64,000 nucleotides of DNA, taken from Ptychomitrium polyphyllum (taxonomy: Eukaryota). The notes under the pieces are model-generated. The model saw only the letters and a list, made by a program, of their open reading frames with translations, had not been told where the DNA came from and searched no databases. The DNA lies in the NCBI GenBank assembly GCA_973851085.1, contig OZ316776.1, positions 12,152,001-12,216,000 of the forward strand, in the 5' to 3' direction. Positions 1 through 13,604 of this stretch are shown in pieces. Each line of letters begins with the position of its first letter. The first letter of the stretch is position 1. Position numbers and translations under genes: made by a program.

Positions 1-187
1 CTGTCCACAGACCAGAAGCAACAGTTCAGCGTCGAGATTCCAACGAAAATCAGTCCAAACTGTCAATGCTCCAATGTCAGCTTGCCAGGAGAGCGAACAC
101 CTCCTGACCGCAGTCGTCAGCGCTGATTCTCGGCCCCTGCAACTAGTTACAGACGGCTCAGCTGGATCGAGTTGAACCAATACTCAC

Positions 188-784
188 CGCTGGCTTCGCC
201 CGGCGGAGGGTGAGGGGGTTGAGCCTCGTGCCTGCTCCACCTCCCAGAATGATAGAGAACACCTTCGTCATGTTCACCTGCTCTTTCGGCCCCTTCGTTG
301 CTCTCTCGTGCTGCTCTTTTCGTGTTGCCTGCCCAGTCTGCAACCGACAACTTCCACATTTAAATCCAAATCCTGCGATGCGACCTCAGACAAGCTCCAA
401 AGTAGAATTGCACCCATAGCGCCTCAGCCCCATCAAACCACGCCAATTCTTCCTACTCTCTGAACAGGGAATAGATCCGCTGCCGGCATGCGGGGTTGAT
501 CGCAAAGTGGAGGACAAACAAGAGGTGAGTGGGGTGATCACCAGGGTCTCCATGGGGCGTTCGGCCAGGACGGCGGAGACCTCGACGGTGCTGCTCTTGG
601 TTCGGGCGGCGGTGGGTTTGGGGCAGACATTGGCCTTGAGAGCCAAGCTGTCGCCCTTGAACCCCGCGGAGGACAGGCTCTTCTCGCCCTTCAAGCCAGA
701 AGCCAGAGCTTCATGGCTGAAGCGAGCGGGCCTGCTGGCGGCGGCGCAGTAGCTGGTGGAGGCGAACATGCCTGCTGCTGCCAT
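188..784 (-). CDS. APL: ADP-glucose pyrophosphorylase large subunit, plastid-targeted; first two coding exons (gene continues off the left edge)
   Basis: Exon 1 is 784-542 ([22 protein letters not shown]..., Ser/Ala/Arg-rich transit-peptide-like) ending CTG|GTGATC. Exon 2 is 337-188 after ttgcag, ending GCG|GTGAGT, and encodes [25 protein letters not shown], the N-terminal [16 protein letters not shown] motif of AGPase. The large-subunit call rests on divergence from the conserved small-subunit [26 protein letters not shown]. Confidence 0.9.
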
Positions 785-3700
785 TGCAGCGAAGTTCTCA
801 CTCTGCTCCTGTCGCGCGATCTACTGCTCGGCGGCCTGCCAACGCGCCTCTCTGCGAAGGAGCTCCACAAACCTGCACAGAGCAAGCCAAACGAAACGCC
901 TCAGAAACTCCCGCCTCGATCGTGCAACCACCTCAATGGAAAACACCATGGCGGATCGCAGAAGGCGAAGCCTCAAATCGACTCCATCGAAAGAGAACCA
1001 ACCTCTCCCAATCCTGGCGTCCATGCATTGCATGCACCGCAAGCAAAACACCGTCTCCAGCAAAGAATTCCCATAAACAAAGCAACTGGAACCGTCGATC
1101 GTCAATGCCATGGCCGGAGCCATGCTCATCGCCGATACCTCACAACCACCCACTCGACTCCACAGACCACACCACGACCAGTTCCACAACCACCACGCTA
1201 CCAAACACAATCTCTCAACTCCACGCACCTTAGAACTGCGGGCTTTGGTGGTGCACGCAACCGAAGCGAGACTCCTCGAGGCTGCTGGCTGCAGGGAGAC
1301 GCCTCTCCGACAGGCACTCTAGGACAACAGTAATGTCGACGGATAAAGGGAAAACGCCGGGTACGCTGGACGCTCGATCCTTCCTCAATCTCGCTGCAAA
1401 TGCCCGCACGCTCTCCTCGTGCGAATTCCGGCGCTCTAATGGGCTTGCGTTGTGAGGGACTCGGGATGAACTGTGATGTGAGCTCCGCGCTCACTGCAAT
1501 GCTAAGCTCAGTGTTCTACGACGCTGGTGGTTCAATCGCGATCGGTGGGAGTCGCTGCTCAGTGCTCGCTGTGGTCCTCCACTGCGCCACTCCCTGTTCT
1601 ATAAATATGCGAGCTTGGGCTGCCAGGGCCGCGAGCAAGTGTGTCACAGGGCCCCGCACCTCCCTCGACCCTGCCTCCCTCCCTGCCTCAGAATTCACGC
1701 ACCATTTTCCATTACCGTTCGTTGCCAATTTGCCTACTTTAGCGTCCCCGGCCCATTTCCCAACACCGGCCTCCCAGTCGCCCATTCCCCTACGTCGCTC
1801 ATTCTCTCCCAGCCCTTCTATTTTTTGATATTTCGTCGCGTCGCTCTGCAGTCAAGCCGCCCTCTCCCATCTGGCACCCTCCGTCTTCCGTGCCAACTGG
1901 AACCTGGATGGTGCCACCCCTTGGTACCATAACGCAACACCAACCCTGCAAACCACACCCACCAATTCCTCGGCTTCACTAAATACATGATAGAGTATAG
2001 CTTAGCTGAGTGTTCGTCAGAGCAATGAACTTCTGTGGAGTTGGATAGGAGACAATGTGGTTGGATTAATCTTTTTTTGAGGAAATAAACTTCGTTCATT
2101 TTAGAAGACGAGTTGAAGTAACATTTATTCTTAGCAACGGCGAGAACAAGATACGTTATGGATGTTGAGATGTTTATAGTGCATATAGGTTTTATATATT
2201 TTCGATGTTGAAGATTAAGTTTTGAAATCACTTTGGTCGTTGGATATGAAATTGTGTCAAAACTCCTAGTCTTGATCTTGAAACTTGATGAATTTGTATA
2301 AGCAAGTGTGAAGAATGTGATGACTGTACAATATATTAAGAAGTTCGTATATATCAATGTGAGTTCATGCTTAAGCTTATGAACAATATTTATTTGTTTT
2401 TAGTCTTATGTAGATTTTTATAGTTGATTAGAAAGAGGAGGACTAGTGGTTATTGGTTTTTATTAAAAATTATTTAATAAGGAGTATGAACATTGCATAG
2501 TATAATGCTATGTATTATTATTTTGAAAGGTCATATTATTGATATTGTGGATGTTGACTTTATTATTTAAGAGTGTCATTGATGAATGTGCATTTCTACT
2601 CTAATGTTTGATGTAATGAATATACTAGGCTTTATTGTGAATCCTAGGAACTTCATGCTTATAAAAATTGGTTGGTATGTATTTGTTTTTATATCTATAT
2701 CTATGGTTTTGAAGAAGAATCTATCAATTCAACATGTGAATTCTATAAATAAAATGATGATGTTGGAATTTGATATTTTAATGTAAGGTTTTATGCTGAG
2801 ACTTATTTGTATGGTATAGTATGCTTTTAACATATAGTATGTCTCATTTAAATTTTGCATTAAAATGGCATCTATTATTGTTATACCTACATGGGTAATA
2901 AGTATGATGGTATTGTATTTTTTTGACTATTGCCAATGAATGAGTGGACATTCAAAAGAATATAGCATTTTGATTTAATTGAGAAGGCCAAGAAGCCTTT
3001 AATTTCCTATAAAATTTTATTATGTTTGTTAGTTTGTAGCTCATTTATGCAATGATTTTGACGTTTTAATAGTTTGTATGGCCATGTGTCTAAGTCAAGT
3101 GAATTTGTATTGTGATATAAAGACCGAGTTTTAATTTTATGAAATTCTTATTTTTGTTGATGTTTTTTATAATTAAATTTTTATAGATTCTAGAGATGAC
3201 TTTCATTATTTTTATAGAACCTTACATTTTAATCATATTTTGTCCTATTTTGATAAATCATTTCATAAATTAGGATAATGATTGATGAAAATTCTCACAG
3301 CAAGTGGGTCTCATAGGAACTGCAATAATTTGTAGGAGTAATTGGCCAAATGCCAAAAAAACAACGTTCAAGAAGCTTAGCTGATTGTGAGACTGCAAGC
3401 ATTCAAATATATTTTAGATGTCAATTGCATGTCAACCTGTACAGAGGCAATTCATATAGTACCCTGTCCGATATCAAATTTGAGAACCAATATTTAGCCT
3501 TGCTGCTTCATACGTTGTTTTGCAAGTTTGGGTTTAGCTCCATAGTTTATCGTGACAGGTGATCATTGTAATTCCATTCTATCAAATGGAGAGGCACCGA
3601 GGGATGTCGTCACTTGTGATTGTTGCATAATGAAAATGCCAGCATATTATTCTCTTGAATTAGAATAAAAGAATAATGAGTTATTTGGAATTTAAATTAT

Positions 3701-6700
3701 TTGGATGCTGGTTTTGGAAGGAAGCACTGGAAGTGGTGGGATCACCGAGGGAATTATTCCTTCATGAGAAGTGCTGTCGCTGCATGTTTTTACATTTCAA
3801 CTGCCTTGTGCACAGAACTTGGGTCCTCGTCCCTAGCACCTAAAACTTTGAGGACCACCCTATGTCCCCTACATCTGACACTTTCAGGGAATTCTGTCCT
3901 GCAAGAGCACAGAAAGTTCCTCCTTCGACTGTAGATATTTGCAACGAGACACCCAAATGTAACAAAACAACAATTTCTGTACAGGTGTCACAGAAAGTTT
4001 GAGAACGTATCCTCCAGAAACTGGAACAGCCCCTCACCATTGCAATAAAGAATATCCCCGTCTGGCAATCATTGTTTAGATTTTTTTAACATTTGGTGGA
4101 TAGAAAATAGAATTTGAAGATTGATGGACCTGGGAACATTATATTTCTTATAAATTCAAATTGTTTATGAATTTCAAAGCACGTTTTTCCTAAGGCCAAA
4201 AAACAGCATTAGCTCAACCATTAATTGATCATTCAAACAACAACTAATAGCTACTACCTAATGAATGCACAATCACTCAAACTTGATTTAATAACTATCA
4301 TGCTCCAAGCCTATGTACACTACATGCATAAATAGTGTTAAATTTCATTCCTCCCCATTACCATTATTCTATAATTTCATTTGCATCCAATTTCAACCTA
4401 GTGTATCAGGTTTAAACCATGGGTGACAAGAGTGCAAAGATTAGTTGTTATGCACATGGAGGTTTTGAATCTTTTATTAGTTGATGATCATGGATATCTA
4501 ATTTGAATGGTCTGTTCTACATTATTTTCAATTTGTTGTTCATTATTATGCTTTCTTACTAATAGTTTGACATCCTCAACCAAATGGCACTTTATTTAAT
4601 TTAAAGGTAAACTTATATAATGAATCTCGCTTTCATGAAGTTTTTTTGTTTTTTTATTTAAAAGTAAACATATATTTGGAAAAAAAAACCAAGCAAACAA
4701 AAATAATGACAATTTTATTTTAAAACTTTAAATGATGTTAGACTGTACAGGTACCGTGGTTGTGATTAGACCTCCATAAAGGGGAGCAGTGCACTTTTGT
4801 TTTTATTATTTTTATCATTGCTACATACAAATGATTTTCACTACTGTGTGGCAATAATGCAAGGTCTCTGTACTGAATTTGCATAATTTAACACCTAGCT
4901 TGAATATCTATATGACTATGATCTTTGATCTTTTTTTCCCTTTCTTTTCTTCTCAAATTTCAGCTCGTAAATTAATAAAATTGTACTTGTTGTGCAAGTC
5001 AAACCTTGAGATTCTGCTGTCAAACCTTATGATCTTCCCGTGGACTACATCTTGCCTGCTTCAAACCTCACCATATCATCCTACAGAAGCAGTGCTTCAA
5101 ATCATACAGTTACATTGAATGTTTCATGCTTAATGTAACAATAGTGGACCTCTAAAAATTACAGGATATCTGACAATTTTTTAGCTGCCCTCTCTAAGGC
5201 AAGGTCATTAAGGAGTTTTCATTGCCCCATACTCACCCCAGACTCCATCCCCATAGTCTGCAATGTTTTCATTGCATTTTTGAAATCCCCAGTTACAGTA
5301 ACTTAGTAATAGCAAAGGGGCCTCTTATACCAACTGAATGGCAAACCCTTCATTAGGAGTTACTTTTCATTTAGGGTCGCTTCACACATTGTCCCATCGC
5401 TTAGGGAACAAGGAATTTTACCATATTTAAGAATTCTTATTATTGGTTGAAATTTTCAAATTTTTTCATAACATTTTATATCTTATCTTGTTGCTCACTT
5501 GAGAAGCAATTTTTAATTAATTAAAAATGAGTTGACCGTCTATATGAAAGCAATTATAGTGAATTTTTTTTGATTAACTATTTTTAGGAGTGCTCTTGAT
5601 ATGGCGGCCCAAGAATTTACCCCTAAATTATTTTTAACATCTTAATAATTTTAATGCTTTCTCATTGTTCTCCATGATTAATCCTTCACCTAAGATACCC
5701 ATGTTTTAAGCCAAAAAAATATCCTGTAGGAGAAGGTGTCATGTGGGAGCTATGGCAGCTAATCGGAACACTTAGTATAAGGTTTCGGAAATGCAGCAGC
5801 ATGGTACTGACTACAAACATTCCAGATGTCCTCCTCTAAGTGGTTGGATATCATGCTATAGCTCTTCCTCAGCATAACTGTTTTAGATACTTGAGCAAGC
5901 TCGCTCAGTTTGGTAGTAGCTGATCAATATCATAGCCAGGTGGGCACAATGAAATGTCCTAGATCCCTGTCCGTTAGTACTTCCATGAAACCAATGTCAT
6001 ACCATGGGGAACAAATATCAGGAGCACCAGGTGTACGCCTCTGCTTGGCACCTGGAGGTCCCCATGCTGTTCACAAGGAGTTGCCCACATGCTCAAGAAT
6101 CAATTACGATTTCATGTACAATTATCTAGGGTTTCATCCAAAACCTCTGATATCCCACTCACTCCTGGGTGTCGCTTGGTTGGACTGGCCACTTCCATTT
6201 CTTAGTACAGAATCATGGGCTTTGTGTGTGTGGCATTCTGCCTCCCAGTTCACACATGTGAACGACAGGCTGACCATATAGACAGGCTTGCTGGTGAATT
6301 GACAGAGATCCATCATGGCATATTCCTGGCTTGCAGTTGTCACTTCCTGTGACAACGTAGTTTTTAACTAGATGGTAATTTCAGTGGTTAAAGTTTGAGC
6401 CAAATTCCTTTCTGAGATCTTCAAGCAATAATAAGTTACTTAAGCAAAACGGCCGCACTGGGTGGTGAAGAAGTCAGTCTGGTCTTGGAACCACTGAAAT
6501 CTTGAAACAAGTGCCCCCACTGGCTGACATACTGACAAGGTTACAAAAATTTTGTGTTCTTGTCGGCCCACTTGTGGAAGCTGTTTAGCAAATACTTTCC
6601 CAGAATTTTGAAAGTCAAGGAGTTGGTGTCCACAAGGTAGTTAAGCAAGAGTTCTCACTGCTAAAAAATGATAAATATTTTTGTTGTGAATGCACAACTA

Positions 6701-9700
6701 CTTGACACCAGGCTGGTTGTTCCAATATTGTCAAAGCTTGTGTGAAATTTGGCATGGCTTGTGCTTTTATTTTCAAGTCCAAGTGATGAGCTTTTTGAGG
6801 TTAAGGAGTCACACTTTAATTATTGAATTTCTAGAATTTGGCATAGCATAGTTGCACACCCCACGGCAATTTTTCTGTAAGTTTTGCTAGATTACATGTA
6901 CTCCCATTTTTGGCAAAGATGAATTCAAGCAAGATTTTAAAAAGGACTTGGTAATCCCCAACAAACGATTCTTCATTGGTTGCCGTAAAAGTCGGATAGT
7001 GGTTCTGAGTGTTGAAACTTTGTTGCAGCAAACAATATCAGTACCATCCCGAGATGAAATCATGGAATATTAACAAGCTCAAATTGTGCAGTATTAATTT
7101 ACCATCTGAATTTATCTAAATAAGCAGGTTCTAGAATCTTGTATCACCACCTATTTTGTAGGATCTGAAAGCAATTCCTAAGCTTTTTCCCACACTAATG
7201 CATGCAAATGTAAATCACATGAATGCAACTTTGTTATTTTGCAAAGCCATTAATGTATGCTGCCATTAGTTTCTAGAGTATTGAAACCAATTACAAAGAT
7301 CCTAATGCCATGATGGCTCCTACCATTTTGCTTTCTAAATGAAGCTATTTTTTTTAGCTTCTTCAATTCTTTAATTGGTTTGTAGCCATTCCTTAATACT
7401 CCAATGAACTTGCATGACAATGAATGTAGTTAAAACATTCTTTAGCTAGACAACCATGTACCACAATGAATAATATTTAAATACTATTTAATTTTTCTCC
7501 AAGCATTACTTTATTTGTTGAAAGTATGTGGCTAAATGCTCCACTACAATACAATAAAATCACCATATGTTATGGACGTTTGAATATAATAATTTCAAAA
7601 TTAGTATTACTAATAACAACTACCTATATAGAGGTAGTTGTTATAGCTTATAAAGAGGTAGTTGTTATACCTTATAGAGAGGTTATAAGGTATTTTATTA
7701 TTTTCAAGTTGATCAAAGACATCTTACAAAGACAAAAGATTGATATCCCTATAGCTTCTTGTAGAAATCATATAGAAATCATACCCCACTTGATATGGTG
7801 ATTTTGATGTAGTTATACAAGGTCATGCTGTTAAAGAATGTTACTGTATGGTAGGCTTGAGTTTTGAACTTGGATGTTGCCCGAGTCCATGTTGCCTGAG
7901 CCACAAAGCTACCTAGCACACAACTTGCAACAGTAGGTGGACCTTGGAAGTTCTTGAGGAACCTCTGGGATTCGTCGACTGTGGGCCACGCTTGACGGAA
8001 ATACCAAAGGATGATACACCGTCCTGCTTATCACTGCAACTGACACATGCTTGTTAATTTTCTTTTGTTAGAGTCCAAGAAGCATGATCTAACCTGCATT
8101 ATAAGCCACTGGCCTTATCAAATTAACGATTGCATCGAAAGAAACTGGCAGCAAGTAGCACTAGATTAGTCCATCTTTGAAGCCCTGCAAACCTATCACT
8201 TTAGCCCATAACTTGCCCAAATATTGAAAAAATCAATATATTTCTGCGTAGGAAGTAAGTGTTATTTTTTAAATAAGAAAGAGTTAATGAAGAAATGATT
8301 TTGATCACTAGTATTAGTACTATATGATCAGAATGTGAATTTGCAAAGATATTTGATAATCGAGTTGAGAGTACAATAATTTGCTCTGGTCGTGCCCTGG
8401 GCCACATCAAAATTACCACTCCAGTACAGAACCACTTGTTGGGTTCAAAGCTAAGGAGTAGTCACTCTCAAACTGCAAGAGCCACAGACTTTTCTTTGGG
8501 TTCCAAGGGTTACTGCTTCATTGAGGCTCCATATATGCTTGGACCTTCTTGACAGAACATGACTACACAGCATTTGCTTGTGACAATGACTACACTATTA
8601 CATTTAGTGTCACATGGCGTATACTGGCAAGCTAAATTACTTTACACGTGATTAATCATAAATAATTTATAAATAGTCTTACTGTTTCATTTTTAACATT
8701 TGTTTGACAATGGTTTAATATGATGACAAGATGCTTAGAATTGGTAACATCAAATTACAATTTTTAGTACATTTTTGTTTCATTTGCTATTTTGAAGGAA
8801 GTCTGGTGTCTATTAGGCCAAATAAACATGTGAATTTAATGTGCACTAAGAAAACCAATGGCTAACCAAAACACTTTTTGAAATACTATAGTATTTTAAA
8901 AAAATCAATTTTCATTTTTAGTGGTTGTGGTTTCCAATTTTGTGATGCATGGCAATATAGTAAAAACATTGAAACCAATTTTAAATGAATGTTTTAACCA
9001 ATCAAAAATTTAAATACAATGCATATTAAAATGCATTCTTATCACCACAACATTCTTGGCCTATTTTTCTAAGTGCCCCTATGCTTGTAAATACTCTATC
9101 TAAACATCCAAAATACTTTCTTTGATATAGAAAGTGTTTACATTGAATATTTTAAATTTTGTTGAAATAAATGCAAAAAATTGATTACAAAAAAAATTTC
9201 AACAAAAAAAGATAAACATGTACATAAAGCTTGCACTAATATTAATGATGTAAAGAATATTCTTGTTGATTGATTTCAAAAAATATTTTAAAAGGCACAC
9301 CTATTATAAGACAAAAAATACTAAGATTAAGATACAATAATGTTTCAATCTTGTAACTATGCTTGCTTAATTTAGTAAATTGAAATTACCAACTCCAAAG
9401 TAAAACAACTGTCCTTTAACCTCAAAATTAACATAATTCTTCAATTATATATAACTTTATTTGTTAGAAGTGAAGTAAATGTATTTAAGTTGTTAAAAAT
9501 TTGTTTTACCATCCAAATACAATTAGTAAGCTGTGTTAATGAATATTCGAGTTCCATTACAAAACTTTACATTAAAACTAACCAAAACAATATCTTAATT
9601 TGACAGTCCTCCAATACAAACATCAAAAGATTGATAATAGGATTAAACTCATGATATTTTTAAAGAAAATAAATTTAAGCTTCAAACCAATCAAATTCCA

Positions 9701-10159
9701 AATCTAATACAATCAATTATTAAAAAAATATATGTAAATTTATAAAATAAGTTATTTGGTATAAAAAAAGTAAAAAAAAATAGAAGCCAATTTGAGTTTA
9801 ATTGTTATTAAATGCTTTTCTTTCAAGTAGTTTTGATTACATGTTATATGATTGTATATTAACATCAATTCTTATCTTCTTGATCAAAGAATGATGATAT
9901 CAATAAAGTCAATTATGTTAAATTATTTGTCCAATGCATTTCTTTCTTCTACATAACATAAATTTAAAAAACAACTTTTCTTTCTTTCTATAAACATTGT
10001 ATAATAACAAAAATCATTCAAGTTTTTGATAATTTTAAGAAAATAAAAAGCGTTATTTATTTATGGTGCACCTAATTCCGTATAATAAACAATAAGTGAA
10101 TATAAACTGTTGTATATAAAACATGATTACTTTACCATTTCTAATTCTAAAAACACAAG

Positions 10160-10566
10160 ATACAAAAACAAACATAAACTGGTTCCCAAAAATTAACTTC
10201 TAAAGAGCTTATGATTAACAAGAACTCATACAAAGACTCACATGAGGGCACAATACAAAATGATCCACAACTTCTGTTGGCAAAACTAAGGTATAGCTTG
10301 CCATGCCTCTTATTTCTTATTTATATTGTGATGTTTGTCTTTCCTATGATACTTCTAAAGAAGCTTCTTATGAAGCTTAAGAATGATCTAAAAATCTATA
10401 AAACCTTCCTAAGAAGTTTTCCAATATGGTGGAACCTTCAAAAGAACTATTTCAAAGAGGTGGAATGGCTATGGAAGCATTGAAAATACTCTAACAAGCT
10501 ATTACAATGTACCAGAAGGTTTTGACAAATTCTAAATACTATACTACATAATTTATATCCGTAACA
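10160..10566 (-). repeat. Putative 3' LTR of the chromovirus
   Basis: Same-orientation similarity to 17265-17580 (e.g. tgatccacaacttctgttggcaaaactaa vs tgatctacaacttatgttggcaagactaa; gaatggctatgga in both). On the minus strand it begins TGTTAC at 10566, preceded by a purine-rich tract. Confidence 0.6.
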
Positions 10567-12459
10567 TCAACTATTTTCTTTAGTCATAAGTTCCACAAGG
10601 AGCTCCAATTACAACTTGCTGGATACATCTCTACGAATTTTAGATTTTTTCAAAGAAAGAAAGCAACATATTTTGCTTGTTGTTACTTCCCCACCAGCTC
10701 AATTGATCCTTGCAAGGAACGCCAATGTCCACCAGCCAAGACTTCTATTATTATAATGTCTTAGCCTAAGATGAGATACTAATTAAGTCCTGCAAAATAT
10801 CTTCCAAGCACGATCTCTAGTCCTCCATGCGTGGCTCTTCCAACTTCTATTAAGATAACTAGAGTTCGGGCATCTCAATCAAGACTAGAATATGAAGGGC
10901 AAGTCACCAATATTTCTATACGTGGTCGCACTCAATGTTGAAATGCCTTTGTCACATCTTGCCTTACATCCTTTAGTGTTGAAGGTTGCAAAAGTCAAAT
11001 TGATTCAATAGGTGTTGTCGTTGAAGAAGGTACAGCCAATTGTTCTTCACGCAAATCCATGATAACACAAAGACTTGATATACTAGCTAGGATCTAGGCA
11101 TGATGTATCTTAGAGATACTACTGCATACAATTGAAGGTTGGATGTTGCTCTTCCACTTCTTATACTTATCTACAAAAAAACCTTCTCTGTGAAACTAGT
11201 AGCTATTGGTTCATCATAACACGTCATCAATGACTTGGTACTTGAGGATGACTTTGATGGTATTAATATACCTTGTATGATACATTTGTCTCGTTCCTTG
11301 AAGGCTCCCATATTTTATTATTGATGTCATGTCCTTGCCAATGTATAAGGTACTGTATACGTCTAATGTTGATGCGTGAATCTAAAATTTCTTTGATTTC
11401 ATGTTCCATTTTATTATTGATTTCCACTAGAGGAAGCAGGGGAACGGCCTTCTCTAGTATGCATGATTTGTTATAGGATTTTAATAAAAATACACAAAAC
11501 ATTGGATGAATTTGCATGGTTGGTAGTAGCTTTGGGCACTAACTAGTTGGATTTATCTATTTGATGATTTCAAACCGCCCAAATCTTTGATAGTTCAACT
11601 TCTTTGATGATCTTTTGTTTGTAAGTTTTGACGTAAGAGCAATATGCTATCTACAACCTTGAATTGTAGGTGGTCGTTCATATGACGATTTGCATACGTT
11701 TCATATTGGTCTTACGGTTGTTGCAACTATGAAGCAAGTTCTTGGTGGATTTAGCTAGTTGCAAATCTTTTGCTGGAAGACTTCCAACATGCTTTACTTG
11801 GATTGGATTTGCTTGTTGATGATGGCTCTAATTTGCGAAGAATAGAGTTTGCGTCGTTGAAGAATGCATTGTATTGTTGTAAACAAACCCTGCCAAAGGC
11901 AAGAGGTTCATCTAGTTGTCTTGCTGGTAGTTTATGTTGCAACAAAGCTACAACTCCAAAACTTGATTTACACGTTTGGATTTGACCATTAGTCTATGGA
12001 GAGTGTGCTAAAAAAACGTTGATTTTCACACGCAACAACTGGAATAAAGCCCTCTAAAAGCTGGAGATGAATTTGGGCCCTTGATCGGATACAATAACAT
12101 TTGGTAATCCATATATGCAATAAGTGTGATTTGGGAACAACTTAGCAGTTTTTTCTCCCGTTACCGTCTTGTGAAATGGATTAAAAGGCGCCATCTTGGT
12201 GAATCCATCCACCACTACTAGGATAGAGTCCTTAGAGTTGGAGTTTAGAAAGTGTGTGATAAAATCCTTTGACAACGACAACCATTGATCCTTTGGCACT
12301 TAAAGCAGATGGAGGAGACCTTGTGGTTGGTGTCTTAGTACCTTGGCCTTTGTGCAAGTGTTGCATGATCAAACAAAGTCCTTCATTTATTTCCACAATT
12401 GCGACTACCAACACTCTCTGATAATCAATTCCAATATTTTCTTGAATTCAAAGTGCCAT

Positions 12460-13604
12460 TGTCGCAACCCTTGTAATGCACCTTAGCAAGTGTCACACGC
12501 GTCAACCCTGTACACCCCCACATGCACATGGTTAACCTCCATTCTCACTTTCCAAGTCTTTCTACCATTTCTCTTAGGACACCTAATTGTTTGGTAGCCA
12601 AGGGTTACGTGCGGACTTCCATGCATGTCCAAGGCCTCACTTGGTGTTACTCCTATTCTACACGGGCTAACCGCATTTAGTGGTGTCTTCTCACCACCAC
12701 TCATGATCTCCATGTGATTCTAAGATCACCTCGGGCCATCATGGTGCTGGCGTGAAGACACCACCTCAACTTAGTGGTAACAAGCGTACCCTTTTGAACG
12801 CGCTAGTTCCCTCCGTGAAACCGGCTGTCTACCGGCTCACAATGGTGTGGGAGTCCCCGTAGTGAAGCCCCAATATTAGCTCCACCAACCGGGACTCACC
12901 CTTGGTCTCTACCGGGACACTAGGGGAGTGGGGAGGGGGACCAGCCCTCCCTTATAGTACTCTCTGTGGGATTCGGCAGGCCCCCTGGCCCTCTGTAGTT
13001 GGCTGAACCCCGACACACCTAAAGTTTTGGAAGACCACCCGATCTCCTTTGGGACTTAGCCGCTGGAAGCCTCCGGGACTCCCAGCGGACCTTCAGGGAG
13101 CCATATCTTCCTTATCTGGTGCCCAAATGTATTAAGCGGCCACTCTATCGTCATCTACTCTTTGCGAAGATGCCGATAGACTCCTCAAACGTTTGATTTG
13201 AGTTAGTATTGTGGGAGATACGCCTCTCCCAAGGTTCGGGACTCCCGGGGAGTCCCTCCCTGGACTGTCCCACTCCAATACAGTCACTGTGTGGGGCTGC
13301 CACACTCTAGAACAGCCCCTTGGCAACCCCAACTTTGGGATGCCATAACTTTTAGCTCCCTTGTCGGATTTGGGCAATCTTTAGCATTTTAGAATTAGCT
13401 CTTTGTGATTCCTCCAATGCCCACGATCTATCCTTCGTGGCCCTCGATCTACATGGACAAGGATGTCTTTCCCCTTAGAGGTCTTTCCCACGCTAGGCCC
13501 ACTCGGTTCCCCTCACTATTGGCACCACAAGTCCCGGACGTCACTCCGGGGTCCCCCTTGTGCCCTTAGTATTGCGGGCACTCCTCAAGGAGAGGTGCAC
13601 GACA
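12460..13604. mobile_element. Nested solo-LTR-like insertion (1145 bp) with 5-bp target-site duplication
   Basis: GC-rich block with termini TGTCG (12460) ... CGACA (13604), flanked on both sides by GCCAT (12455-12459 and 13605-13609). No internal coding domain was recognised. The host integrase sequence resumes across it. Confidence 0.88.

Noticed and set aside
713..1932. Numerous overlapping ORFs (e.g. 206 aa at 713-1333, 142 aa at 1400-1828)
   Set aside because: They lie in or antisense to the GC-rich AGPase 5' UTR/promoter, where stop codons are rare, and show no recognisable motifs.
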